DNA of 64,000 bases from Octopus sinensis (lineage: Eukaryota). Below the pieces are notes generated by a model. The model was not told the DNA's origin. It did not search any database and worked only from the letters and a program-made list of their open reading frames with translations. The stretch spans positions 40,300,001-40,364,000 of the forward strand of contig NC_043007.1 in the NCBI RefSeq assembly GCF_006345805.1. The letters are read 5' to 3'. Below, piece after piece: positions 1 to 12,744 of this stretch (position 1 is the first letter of the stretch; the number at the start of each line of letters is the position of its first letter). The position numbers and the translations under genes were made by a program.

Positions 1-329
1 TTATCTTAATTAGATTACGTGACAATGTGAGGGTAATACAAAATAAGGAAGGTTAACAATTTATAACATTGATAGGGAACTAAAGAGGGGAAGATGATGG
101 TGAGGGAAGGGTGTGTAATTGACTGAATCAACACCCAAAAGTATTACTGATACTTATTGGAGTGATCAAAAAAAGTCTCTATGTTATAGCTCAAACTGCT
201 AGAAACAGTAGCCATGTCTCCCTCATATCGCACCATTATCATCATCAACATTTAATGTGCACTTTACATGCCAGCATGGGTTGGATGGCTTGACAGGAAG
301 TGACCACACCGGGTTCCATATAATCCTTT

Positions 330-965
330 CTACTATAGACACAAGGCCTGAAATATGGGGAGATGGGGTAAGTGAATTACATCAACCCCAGTGTGTAACT
401 GGTACTTATTTCATCGACCCTGAAAGGATGAGAGGCAAAGTTAACCTCAGCAGAATTTGAACTTAGAACGTGCAGACAGATAAAATGCTGCTAATCATTT
501 TGCCCTGCATATTAATGATTCTGCTTGCTTGCTGCCTTAATAATAATAATAATAATAATCCTTTCTATTATAGGCACAAGGCCTGAAATTTTGGGGGATG
601 GGGCTAGTCAATCACATCGACCCCAGTACTCAACTGGTACTTATTTCATCAACCTTGAAAGGATGAAAGCAAAGTCAACTGCAGCAGAATTTGAACTCAG
701 AACATGCAGACAGACAAAATGCTGCGAAGCATTTTGCCTGGCGCGCTAACAATTCTGCCGGCTCACCATCTTAATAATAATAATAATCATCATAACAATG
801 GTTTCAAATTACATCGATCCCCAATGTTTAACTGGTACTTATTTTATCAACTTCACAAAGATGAGAGGCAAAATTGACATGATAGAATTTCAACTGAGAA
901 CATAAATGACAGGTGAAACACTGCTAAGCATTTTGCCCAGGGTGCCAACAATTCTACCAGCTCCC
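330..965 (-). mobile_element. Three head-to-tail family-B SINEs (Meta-domain-like) separated by (TAA)n
   Basis: Repeated GAAAGGATGAAAGGCAAAGT...GAATTTGAACTCAGAAC...AAGCATTTTGCC blocks. The sense-strand domain CTTTGCCTTTCATCCTTTCGGGGTCGATAAA resembles the MetaSINE domain (from memory). Confidence 0.8.
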
Positions 966-1768
966 TACAGTAGTAGTAATAGTAGTAGTAGTAGTAGTAA
1001 CAATACATAAATGGGTACAAATGTTGCTGGTATGTATGTGGTTTAGCACCTTTACCAAATCTGCTTTTCACACTGGCCAAACGAAAATTAACAAAATCAT
1101 GAAACAAGAAATATTAAAAACTATTTGAATAGGAGTTGTTATTTTTCTTTCACCTACCTGTTGATTGTGTCCTCAAAAGGGGCTCATGGCCAGCCTGCAT
1201 GTATATACATGCACTGTGTATATACGTTCACATGCAGGCAGTTCCCCGAAAAAAACAAAAAACAAACACTCATTCAGGAAGATGGTAGGTTGGGAAGGGG
1301 TCAGACTCTGCTCGCGGTGGAAATGAATGTCTGCCTGGTTAGTGCGCCTAGAATGCAGCCAGCCTATCTATCCACTGGCACAAGAGTCAAACTTTACAAG
1401 TACGGCACCAGGACCTGACTGAAGTAACAACACCACCAACAGAGCCATTCGTGAAGGGCAGAGGTGGGAGGAAGACGAAGAGGTTCAGTGGGAGGGGCAG
1501 AGCCCAACCTATGGAGGGAGGGGAAGGGAAGTGGGTTTACTTTATTTAAAAGGCACAAAAAGAAAACAAACAAAAAAAAACAAAAGCAAAACAGACCTTT
1601 CGATTGGATGACTGACGGCTCCTCCACCCTCTTTAATGTACCTCCAGTGTCACCGAAGTAAGTATTCTAGTTGCTGAAGTGGGGGGGATGGGATATTTGG
1701 TGACAGTAGTCATAGCGGTGGGACAGGGAGGGAAGAAAGGAGGGGGGAATACCTAACACTCTCTTGTG

Positions 1769-1812
<44 letters not shown>

Positions 1813-2149
1813 TGTATGTTTGATATTTAAGAAAGAAAACAATATTGAAGGGGGAAAAAAAAAGAACATAAGACAGAAGTAGGAGGAAAGAAAGAGGAGA
1901 GGAAAGAGTGTAGGGAAGCAGTCCTTCAACAACTGTATATGTAAGATTGACTACAACTGACAGCTTCTGTTATACTTATAACTAAATGGTGATATAAACA
2001 GTTTTATGATTATATTATATATACACGCGCGTGCGCTCACACACACACACACACACACATATACGCACACATCTATATGTATATATACATATATGTGTGT
2101 GTGTGTGTGTAGTTATCTAGACATAGAAATGGTTAAGATCCTCTTTGGT

Positions 2150-2460
2150 CACAAATGACCATGGGATTGTGCCCAGAAAGTTCCACTCTGAGGTACAATT
2201 CCAGGCAAGGTTGTTTGCAGAAGATCAATAGTTGCCCATGCATATTAGTCTTCCTTCTCTATGCCACTGATGAAAGGCAAATGCCGATACAGATTGGCAC
2301 CAGTGATGTTGCAACTCATTTCTACAACTGAGTGAACTGGAGCAATATGAAATAAAGTGTCTTTGCTCAAGATCACATCGCAGAGCCTGGTCCAGGAATC
2401 AAAATCGCAATCTCACAATTGTAAGCGGAACACTAACAATTGAGTCATGCGCCTTCATGA
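2150..2460 (-). mobile_element. tRNA-derived SINE family C
   Basis: Reverse complement of TGAAGGCGCATG...GTTAG...TTGAGCAA.GACACTTTATTTCA...GAGTTG; same family as 43855-44190 and 63177-63510. Confidence 0.75.
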
Positions 2461-2642
2461 ATGTGTATGTATGTGTGTGTGTGTGTGTGTGTATGTATGT
2501 GTGTATTTATATGTGTGTGTGTGTTTATTTGTGTGTGTGTGTGTGTATTTGTGGATGGATGGATAGTTAGATAGATAGATAGATATATGGATAGATAGAC
2601 AGGTAGATAGATAGATAGATATATGGATAGACAGACAGGTAG

Positions 2643-2691
<49 letters not shown>

Positions 2692-3294
2692 CAGATTGAG
2701 AGGCAGATAGACAGGTAAGAAGCCAGACTAACAAAAAGACAGACAGACAGACAGATAGATAGATAGATATGTGTGAGTGTGTAATACAAAATACTAAACA
2801 AACTAGACAGATATACAAATTAGTTGATAATACAACCATACTACACCGAATTCTACAAAAAACAGAAATGCATGAAAATTCCGCAACTTTGATTAATAAC
2901 AAAATAAAACCAAGAGCTAGAATTAACCGTTAAACAATTTTAAATCATTATCAGTTATTAATATCATTCCTATGAGCCTTTGCTGCCCACTAAAAAACCT
3001 TGGTAACAAATGTGTCACAGTTAACACTCCATTCAGAAGATAAGACTATGTTTTTGAGACATTTATCAAAGTAAGTATAAAGGATTAAGAAGGAAATTTT
3101 AAAAAATCATTAATAAAAAATGTTGTACCTTTAATATAACACGTTTCAAAGAAGAAGCTGTTCCTTATACTACACAAAAATGTATATAAAGGGTGGGCCA
3201 AAAGTTACACACAAAATAAGTCTGATGCGTTCTGGAATTGCCAAAGACATGCTTCAATTTTTCAAGAAAATAAGTTAATAATAATAATAATAAT

Positions 3295-3490
3295 CCATTC
3301 TACCGAAATTTTGGAGGAGGGAGCTAGTCGATTATATTGACCCCAGTGTGCAACTGGTACTTATTAAATCAACCTCAAAATTTTGAAAGGCAAAACAACT
3401 TTGGCAGAATTTGAACTCGGAAAGTAAAGACTGATGAAATGTTGCTAAGCATTTTGCCCAGCATGCTAACGATTCTATCAGCTTGCTGCC
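3295..3490 (-). mobile_element. Family-B SINE
   Basis: Same blocks, flanked by (TAA)n and (TTA)n. Confidence 0.78.
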
Positions 3491-3525
<35 letters not shown>

Positions 3526-3560
3526 GTTGTTATTATTAATAATAGCAATAATAATAATAA

Positions 3561-3990
3561 TACTCTTTACTCTCTTACTCTTTTACATGTTTCAGTCATT
3601 TGACTGCAGCCATGCTGGAGCACCGCTTTTAGTTGAGCAAATCGACCCCAGGACTTATTCTTTGTAAGCCTAGTACTTATTCTATCAGTCTCTTTTGCTG
3701 AACCACTAAGTTACGGGGACGAAAATACACCAGCATCGGTTGTCAAGCGAATTTGGGGAGACAAACACAGACACACAAACATATACACACACATACATAT
3801 AATCATATATATATATACATATATACGATGGGCTTCTCTCAGTTTCTGTCTACTAACTCCACTCACAAGGCTTTGGTTGGCCCGAGGCTATAGTAGAAGA
3901 CATTTGCCCAAGGTGCCACGCAGTGGGAATAAACCCGGAACCATGTGGTTGGTAAGCAAACTACTTACCGCACAGCCACTCCTGCGCCTA
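3561..3990 (-). mobile_element. tRNA-derived SINE family A (CORE-like GGCACCTTGGGCAAGTGTCTT, internal microsatellite, conserved tail)
   Basis: Reverse complement of head GGCGCAGGAGTGGCTGTGCGGTAAG...GGTTCCGGGTT and tail ...CAAATGACTGAAACATGTAAAAGAG. Confidence 0.85.
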
Positions 3991-4961
3991 ATAATAATAA
4001 TAATAATAATAAGACAAAAATCTTTATCTGAGCACAGTGCGGGGGTGGTATTGAAGGAAGTGGTTTTATGCAAGATATTGAGAGACTAAAGTATGATAGA
4101 GGGATAGGAACAGGTGTCTTGGTGGAGAGGAGATACATAGGTACCCCAGAAAAGAGATGGTAGTGATGAGATATCAGAGCATATCTTCAATGTACTAGAA
4201 GGTGAATAAAGAAAGAATAGGGACTGAGGAGCCATTTTCATTAAAATGCCAAGACCAAGCAAACAAAGTTAAACCTATTGACCAACACATACATTATTTT
4301 TTTTTAAATAGAACTTCTTGCTTGTTTTTGTTTTATCTTTATTTATCCAAAGGAATCATATCCTGTTGGTACCTGAAAATACCAGGTGATAAAAACACTT
4401 CAAAAACAATCAAAGATAAAAAGGCTGAGCAGACACTTAGGGGTATAAAAAAAAAAATAAAGGACGGGGAAGATAAGAACTTCAGATTTAAAATTCAAAC
4501 TTTTTCATCATTTTTTTTGTATTTTCTTTTTTATCTAACTGAAAAATACAAAAAATTGAATCAGGCAAAATAAATTCTCTCCAGGTCAAAAAAAAAAAAA
4601 AAAAATTGGTTTCTTATTCTGACATAATACCAAGGATAATTGATCAAAATGTTATACTACCAATACTACAAAGCCATAAAAAATGGGTAAAAAGAAAATT
4701 AAATGTACAAGCAAATTTAACAACATATCAGACTTACTTATGTCAAATGTGAGAAATTTAATATAAAAAAATTCATGGTCAAAATTGTCAAGCTGCAGTT
4801 ACTTAGGTATAAGAAAAAATTTTTTAAAAAAAGCACCCCAAACTTGTCAAAAAAAAATAGATACTGAGAGCAATAACCTGAGACATCTAACTACTAATGT
4901 ATACATTTCATTGCTTTAAGCTATGAAACTGAATATATGTTGTAAACACATTTTCTTTTAA

Positions 4962-5723
4962 TAGTTTCAGTCTCTGGATTACAGCCATGCCTTGAAGGAA
5001 TTAGTCAAACAAATTGACCCCAGAACTTATCTTTAAGACTGGTGTTTATTTTATCAGTCTCTTCTACCAAATTGCTAAGTTACAGAGGCATAAACAAAAC
5101 AAACGCCAGTTGTCAAGCAGTGGTGATGGTCAAACATAAAAATTCACACACACACATATACAATAGGCTTCTGCACAGTTTCCAGCTACCAAAATTGCTG
5201 ACAAGGTATTAGTTGGCCCTGAGCTAGAGTAGAAAACCCAACTTGCCCAAGGTGCCACAGAGTGAGACTGAACCTGAAACCAAATGGCTGCAAAGTGAGC
5301 TCCTTAACCACACAGTGTCCCTAGAAGCCATGCTTTGATAATTCATTCTTTTACTTGTTTGAGTAACTTGACTGCAGCCATGCTGGAGCACTGCCTTGAA
5401 GGATTTTAATTGAACAAATCAACCACAAGACTTATTTTTTTAAAGCCTAATATTTATTCTATTGGTCTTTTTTGCTGAACTGCTAAGCTATGGGGGATAT
5501 AAACACACCAACACTGGTTGTCAAGCAGTGATGGGGAAGGGTAAGAAAGACACACATACACACACACACAATGGAATTCTTTCAGTTTCTATCTATCATA
5601 TCCACTCATAGGCTTCAGTCAGTTCGAGGCTATAGTAGAAGACACTTGCCCAAGGTGCCACACAGTGAAACTGAACCCAGAATCATGTGGTCGGGAAGCA
5701 AGCTTCTTACCACATAGCCATGC
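4962..5723 (-). mobile_element. Two tandem, older family-A SINE copies (~4962-5320 and ~5344-5723)
   Basis: Same head, core and tail blocks, more diverged. Confidence 0.75.
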
Positions 5724-5727
5724 ATTA

Positions 5728-5948
5728 ATTCTTATTTCTTTATTGCCCACAAGGAGCTAAACATAGGGGAGACAAACAAGGACAGACAAAGGGATTAAGT
5801 CGATTACATCGACCACAGTGTGTAACTATTACTTAAGTTATCGACCCCGAAAGGATGAAAGGCAAAGTCGACCTTGGCGGAATTTTAACTCAGAACGTAA
5901 AGACAGACAAAATGCTGGCATGCTAACGTTTCTGCCAGCTTGACGCCT
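5728..5948 (-). mobile_element. Family-B SINE, young subfamily with alternative tail (also 15365-15596 and 49440-49675)
   Basis: CpG-rich body plus tail TTTCTTTATTGCCCACAAGG...ACAAACAAGGACAGACAAA shared by the three copies. Confidence 0.85.
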
Positions 5949-6479
5949 TTGACATGCATTAATTCTTTTAGCATATTTGTGGCTTGTGTGGCTCTACATA
6001 CTATTTTTTTTTAAATAATAATTTCATGCTACATTGGTTTCTTAAAAAATTGTATGTGACTATGGCTGCCCTAACTGAGATTGCATTGTGTAAGAGAATA
6101 AAATGCATTAATGATCATCTAGAAAAAAAAAATGAGGGTTAGAAACAAAATTAATGTTATTACTTTTTTTTAAACTAACCACGAAAACTCTAAAACCAAA
6201 ATTTAGAGGAAAGAAGGAAATAGGAAGTTTTGAGCAACAACTCAAGTGATAAGAATTTCAACTGGAAAGCAAAACCATGCTACAGAATCTTTTAAATATA
6301 GGTACCAATAAATCTTCTCAAACTCCTGCAGAACCCTCTACAGCATGTCCCATGGCACATGGACACATAATTTTTTGAGGTCTACAAAGCATGCATACAC
6401 TATTTCACAATCTTTTCACAATTTCTCAAAGCCCTGCCATAGAGTGAATATCTTGATGGTTGTGCTGCATCTAAGAACA

Positions 6480-6620
6480 CAAAGAAAACATGAGCAGCAC
6501 AAGTCCTGAGCCAATTTATTGGCTTCATTCACAGCAGACCACCAGTGCCTGACCTGTAGCAGAACCTTCTAAGCCCACATTGGCCTGACCGGATACAACC
6601 TGCACAGATGCACTGTGACA
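6480..6620 (+). mobile_element. RTE-type LINE 3' end remnant (C2H2-like tail)
   Basis: HQCLTCSRTF*AHIGL resembles the C..C.RTF.ARIGL..H tail of RTE elements. Confidence 0.5.
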
Positions 6621-6647
6621 ACAACGTTCAAACATTATTATGAATTG

Positions 6648-6850
6648 TTAGCACACTGGGTAAAATGCTTCACGGTATTTTGTCTGTCTTTACAGTCTAA
6701 CTTCACATTCCGAGGCTGACTTTGCCTTTCATCCTTTTGGGGTCAAGAAATTAAGTATCAGTGAAACACTTTGGGCGTCAATATAATCGACTTGTCCCCT
6801 CCCCCAAAATTTCAGGCCTTGTGCCTTTAGTAGAAAGGATTATTATTATT
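6648..6850 (+). mobile_element. Family-B SINE
   Basis: GACTTTGCCTTTCATCCTTTTGGGGTC...TTCAGGCCTTGTGCC...AAGGATTATTATT. Confidence 0.78.
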
Positions 6851-6919
6851 GTCATTAGGCTGGCAGTCACACTGTTCTTCCGCAAACTTGGAGTCAGCTA
6901 TTTTCCTAAATCTGTTTCC

Positions 6920-7250
6920 CATACACATGGTATAGACTTTAATGAGAAGTCTCAGCAAGTAGATTCCTCTATAATTAGGGCACACTCTCTTATCTTCCTT
7001 TTTGGAAAATTGAAATTATCATCCTAGATTGTCATTGCTTCAGTGTCTTTCCAAAGGTCCAAGCCAGAGGTCGTGTTTAACATCTCAGGTTGAATTTCCT
7101 TCTCCCCAGCAGCCTAGCCACATTTTAGCACTTTAACTGCTTCTATGAATTCTGTCTCAGTGATGTTGATCTTCAACCCTAGACACGCCTCGTGTCCACC
7201 AGAAGATTTTATTGTGACTGGATTTAAGAGATTAGCAACGTATTCTCTCC
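6920..7250 (-). mobile_element. Old RTE-like LINE remnant (region just upstream of the RT domain)
   Basis: Reverse strand reads INITETEFIEAVKVLKCG*AAGEKEIQPEML and ECPNYRGIYLLRLLIKVY. Confidence 0.7.
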
Positions 7251-7566
7251 TGCTTCCAAAGACGATGTTTTCCATACTACAGACATGTGATTAGAAAGTG
7301 GCAGGAAAGAATTACAAGATGGATCCTTCAAGCTGAGCCAACCAGTAGGTGACTTAGAGGGAGACCAGGGATGAGATGGTTGCATAATATCCATAGTTTC
7401 AGTTGGTCATACTTGGAAATCCAGCCAACAAGTTTAACAGCTGTTGCTTCTGACATGACTATGAAGGAGGTACTTGAGAGGACAGTACCTTCATAACCCT
7501 CCCAGTAATAGTGAGCAGGGGAGATGGATGGACGGTACCTATAAATCAAAGGTATCGATTGTTTAA

Positions 7567-7787
7567 CCCTTTAGTGTTTAAAACAGCCATATCCGGCCCA
7601 AATATTCTATATGTTTTATATTCAAATTGGCCATATCTAACCTTTCACACCTAACCTACAATGCCATTCTAAAAATAAACAATCACATCATTGAAACCTC
7701 AAAGCTATAAGATAATGCTTGATGAATTCAAAACAATTTGAATAAAAAATATATTACATTTAACAGTGTAATCTGAATACTAGAGGG
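7567..7787. mobile_element. piggyBac-type MITE (221 bp)
   Basis: TTAA|CCCTTTAG...CTAGAGGG|TTAA: TTAA target duplication and CCC...GGG terminal inverted repeats. Confidence 0.8.
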
Positions 7788-9074
7788 TTAAAGGCATCTT
7801 TTCAATAAAGGTTTCTATTGTGTTACACTTCACAAAATATTTTCAAGAAAAATTTTCTAAAAACCTTTCTATATCTAACCACAAAGACTCTAAAGTAAAA
7901 TTTAAAGAAGAGAACAAAATGGGAAGTTTTAAGCCACAACTCAAGTGCTGAAAATTTCAATTGGAAATCAAAACCATGCTGCAGGATCTGTTAATTATAG
8001 GTATCTATACATCAAATCCGACCTTTGTTAAAAGGTATTGTTTCAATAAAGGTATTCTGTAATACACTTCATAAAATATTTTAAAGAGAAACTGATTTTA
8101 TGATATGCTTGAGAAAAAGAATGTAGTTGACTGCATTGACCCCCAAACACCTCAAACCAACACCACCACCATCACCTCCTTAGTACATTCTTGGTACATG
8201 TCTCCCCACAACCTAGCCACCCCAGAAAGTTGTAGGTCAAAGGACACCAGGGCAGTAATTGAACTATAAACATACAGCGAACAAGATGAAGTACTAAATT
8301 CTATACTATTTACTCAGTCTGGCATTCAATCTTTAGCAGCCGTTTCACTAACGCATTGCAATCCTGAGCCAATGAAAGATTACTATGCAGTCACTGATCC
8401 TGCTAGGAATAGCAACTAAACCTCCACTGGTCAAAGCAGATCAGGAGGAGAAGGTGGAGGAGGCAAAGCAAATTTTATTTTATATTTTTATTTTTGAATT
8501 ATTGAATCAACTTAACTGAAGTTAACTTGAAGACCTTGAGAGATGTTCCTAGAAGAGAATGGGTGGGAGGAGAGGAACAAGGAGGATATGTAATGCTATG
8601 AGGCTTTTTCTCTCAAGGAGTGTAATTTTAGTGAATAAGTATTTGTACGAATTAGCAAAGGAGGAAAAGGCCAAAAAGAAAAAAAGAGAAAGAATAAAGA
8701 AATAAATGGTTGCTTAGGCAACATATGTTATAACTACAGGTAGATAAAAGACAAGGGGGGAAAGGGAAAATGTGTGGGAGGAGGCATGCACCCCCCACTC
8801 ACCCCACCCTGAGTGAAATACTGAAGAGGTAAAGGTAAAAAGAGAGAAAGAAATTTATCATTTCTCTTATCATAAAAATGACTGTATTACTTTGGAGTAG
8901 GGCTGTTATCTGTCAAAAGCAGAAAAAAAAGAAAAATAAAGAATAAAAAGAATTTTAGAAAAGGCCACCCTTCTCACCCCACCACCTCTTTTATCAATAG
9001 AATTTACTGAAAATAACTTTTCTTAAGTTGTCAACTACCAATAACCTGAATGTTTTCTTTTTCTCTTTCATTTT

Positions 9075-9458
9075 AGGCACAGGAGTGGCTGTGTGGTAAG
9101 TAGCTTGCTTACCAACCACATGGTTCCGGGTTCAGTCCCACTGCATGACACCTTGGGCAAGTGTCTTCTACTACAGCCTCGGGCCGACCAAAGCCTTGTG
9201 AGTGGATTTGGTAGACGGAAACTGAAGGAATCCCGTCGTATATATGTATATGTATGTGTGTGTATATGTTGTGTATCTGTTTGTCTTGACAACTGGTGCT
9301 GGTGCGTTTACGTCCCCGTAACTTAGCGGTTCAGCAAAAGCGACCGATAAAATAAGTTCTAGGCTTACAAAGAATAAGTCCTGGGGTCGATTTGATTCGA
9401 CTAAAGGCGGTGCTCCAGCATGGCCGCAGTCAAATGACTGAAACAAGTAAAAGAATAA
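9075..9458 (+). mobile_element. Family-A SINE, young full-length copy
   Basis: AGGAGTGGCTGTGTGGTAAG (A-box-like), GGTTCCGGGTTCAGTCCC (B-box-like), core, (TG)n, tail ending GAAACAAGTAAAAGAATAAA. Confidence 0.9.
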
Positions 9459-10709
9459 ATGAATATGTACGTGTATACATTCATAGTATGTATAAGTGTG
9501 TATATCATCATCATCGTTTTAACATTCACTTTTCCGTGCTTGCATGAGTTGGAGAGAGTTTATTGAGGCAGATTTTCTACAGCAGAATATCTTTTATGCT
9601 ATCAACCCTCACCTGCTACCGAGCAAGGTGATATTTCCCCAAGGCCAGGTATATTCTTGTAATATATTGGAAATGAAAGACATGTAGCCTTCTTCTCAAA
9701 AAAGGCAGCCCATGCTTGATCTAAATAAAAGACTAGCTTTGATACAAGTGTTTCTTTTAGTATTTTTATCTTTAAGTCAGATGGGACAAGCAGTTCCCAT
9801 GGCCCTTTCACAGGACTTCTGAGACTAGTAGGAGGAAGGGAAGGAGGTAGCAGGGTATCCTCAAAGTTGAGGCCTGGTCTAAATACTTGAAAAAGAGAGG
9901 ACTCCTCTAAAGACACCCAGAGTATTAAGTGGTGGTGTGAAACTAGGCAACAGATCAAGCCTTTCCTTTAAGTGGACCATGGTGAGATCATCGTCATCAT
10001 CATCATCATTTCATATCCACCTCCCATGCTGGCATGGGTTGGACGGTTTGACTAGAACTTGTAATCCGGAGAGCTGCACCAGGTTCAAGTCTGATATGGC
10101 ATGGTTTCTACGGCTTGATGCTCTTCCTAATGCCAACCATTCCAGGAGTGTAATAGGTGCTTTTTACGTGCCACTGGTAAAGAGTCAAAACAAATACCAC
10201 AAGGCATGTGGTTCGACATTTTATCAGTTCCACAAATCCACTACCTTTGATTGGTGGTGCTCTTTTACTGATACGCATGAAGGGATGAGTGACAAGTTTG
10301 ACTTGAGTAGGAATTGAAGTTCAAGTGCAGAGAGTCAGAATGAATGTTGTTGTTCAGCCCTACATCTAGCCTAACTGAGCAGATCTTCACTCAAAGGTGT
10401 CTGAGCCATGACCATCAAGCACATTCTCAAAAGTATTTCTTTATTTAAGACGTCAGAACAAGATTCAAGAGACATTTGTTTGCTAATTCTAGCAGTTTGG
10501 TAAACACTTGGCAATTCAACAGCTGTTTTGATAGGGACAATACCACAAATTCTGAGGGGCAGGGTTTAGATGATTACATCAGTACCAGTTCTTGACAGGC
10601 ACTTTATTTTATTGACCCTAGAAGGATAAAATGTGAAGCTGGCAGCAGCGAGTTTTGAACTCAGAAAGTAAAGAGCCAGAGTAATTACTGCAAGACATTT
10701 CTCTGATGT

Positions 10710-11100
10710 AGGTGCAGGCATGGCTGTGTGGTAAGAAGCTTGCTTCCCAACCACAGAGTTCCAGGTTCAGTCCCACAGCGTGGCACCTTGGGCAAGTGTC
10801 TTCTACTATAGCCTCGGGCTGACCAAAGCCTTGTGAGTGGGTTTGGTAGAAGGAAACTGAAAGAAGTCCATCGTGTGTGTGTGTGTCTGTCTGTCTGTCT
10901 TTATCCACCACCACTGCTTGACAATCAGTGTTGGTGTGTTTATGTCCCCACAACTTAGCAGTTCTGCAAAAAAGACTGATAAAATAAATACTAGTTTTAA
11001 CAAAAAACAAGTACTGTAATTGATTCATTTGACTAAAGTTCTTCAAGGTGGTGCCCCAGCATGGCTGTAATCTAATGACTGAAACATGTAACAGATAAAA
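10710..11100 (+). mobile_element. Family-A SINE
   Basis: Same block structure as 9075-9458. Confidence 0.85.
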
Positions 11101-12744
11101 ACAAAAAAATAAAACACGTGCTAAAGCTTCTTCAAATCCACTGCTCTAACCCTTAATAATAATAGTGATTTGTGAGTTAGGGACAGGGTCCCAGCTTTCT
11201 TGTAGGTGATGCAGGGTTGATTAACTGGTACTTCTTTCATTGACCACAAAAAGACAAAAATCAACACGTCTCATGTAGGGCAAAACACATTTGTTCTTGC
11301 GAGTTACTACTGTGGTAATGTTTGCCTTGCTCTGTTACATTCACCTCCCTCTGATATATGTTGTGTTTTTAACACAACATGTTCATGAAGAAATCCCAGA
11401 ACAAAAACGACAGCATCATGCTTTCCAACAGTATATATACATTTAGTATGATACACAGATGACAATTTTAATTTATGTCATTTCAATTGTGTTCACCAAA
11501 TAATAATGAAGTTTTGAACATTAAACAGAGAAGAGAAGTGAAACTCATACATTTCATTGAAATGTTCCCCACCACAGAAACCAGACAGTTTTAATGAGAC
11601 TTTAACTAGTTCTCAGTCAAAACTGCTAGGAGTGATACAGCCTTGCTTATTAACTGCATATGTAATTGAATAACTGTTAATAACATAAAGCAAAAGAATA
11701 ATCTTAAAGGTGAGAACTTTGATATATTTCATGACCTTTACTTGTTTTATATAACTGATGCCAAGAGCCAAAAACTCTAAGTATGAAAAGGTTACTTTTT
11801 TTTTCTTACTTTCTTTCTTCCTTTTATATGTTGCTTTCCTTATTCCCACCCCCATCGGTTACCTTTTCTTTCCCCCCTTTTTTTTAAATACCTTACTTCA
11901 ATATCTATCTACCTATACATGTAAGACATTAACCATAGCTAATCAGTTATCCTTGAAATAACACAAATTTATTAGAGGTTAATTTTGGGGGGGTTTTCCC
12001 CCTCATTTTTTTCCTTCAGGATTTAATCATGAGGAAAGTGGACATTGTTGATGACTTTGCAAGCTTTCTCGATTTAGCAAGTGAAGTTGATATGGTTGAT
12101 GTCCAGTCTGAACAGCAGCAGGAAAGAAGTAGGCAGAACTAATGGTCTAAGAAAGATGATTTGGATGTAGTGGTTAATGTAGTGTCTGCTTCCAAACAAA
12201 CTGTCTTAATATGTCAATAACAAAAGTTTTAAAATATTACATCGCACCATGATACTGTGTAGGCCGGATTCTCCACTGACAGGCCTCTGATAATTAATAA
12301 AGTGTTAATCACTTAGAGTATGCAAGTTAATGGCAGATATACATATAAACATACATATACATGTGTTGGTCCCATATAAAAAGCATCAATACTGGCACCA
12401 CATGAGAAGTACCCATGTTGGCACTACATAATAAGCACCTGTGTTAACACCATACAAGCGCCCATACAAGCACCATGTGTCATGCAAAAAGCACTCAAGC
12501 TGGCACTACATAAAAGAACCCAGGACACACTGTAAAGTTGTTGGTATTAGGAAGGGCATCCGGTCGTAGAAACCATGCCAAAACAGACGGCTGGTGCCTG
12601 GTGCAGTCCTCAAGTTTTCTAGCTCCTGTCGAACCACCCAATGCATGCAGACATGGAAAACAAACATTAAATGATGAGGATGATAGACAAATGTATATGC
12701 ATACATATTATTACAAACATATGTACTTTCACATTTTATATATA

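Noticed and set aside
2264-2292. Hammerhead-like CTGATGA-A-AGGC-AAAT-GCC-GATAC
   Set aside because: GATA rather than GAAA; it arises from an internal deletion in a family-C SINE copy, so it is coincidental.
9075-9150. tRNA genes
   Set aside because: The A/B-box-like heads belong to SINEs; no complete cloverleaf was seen.
12020-12150. Plus-strand acceptor followed by an acidic frame DLIMRKVDIVDDFASFLDLASEV
   Set aside because: Ends in a stop, has no clear donor and no recognisable family; may be a DNA-transposon remnant.
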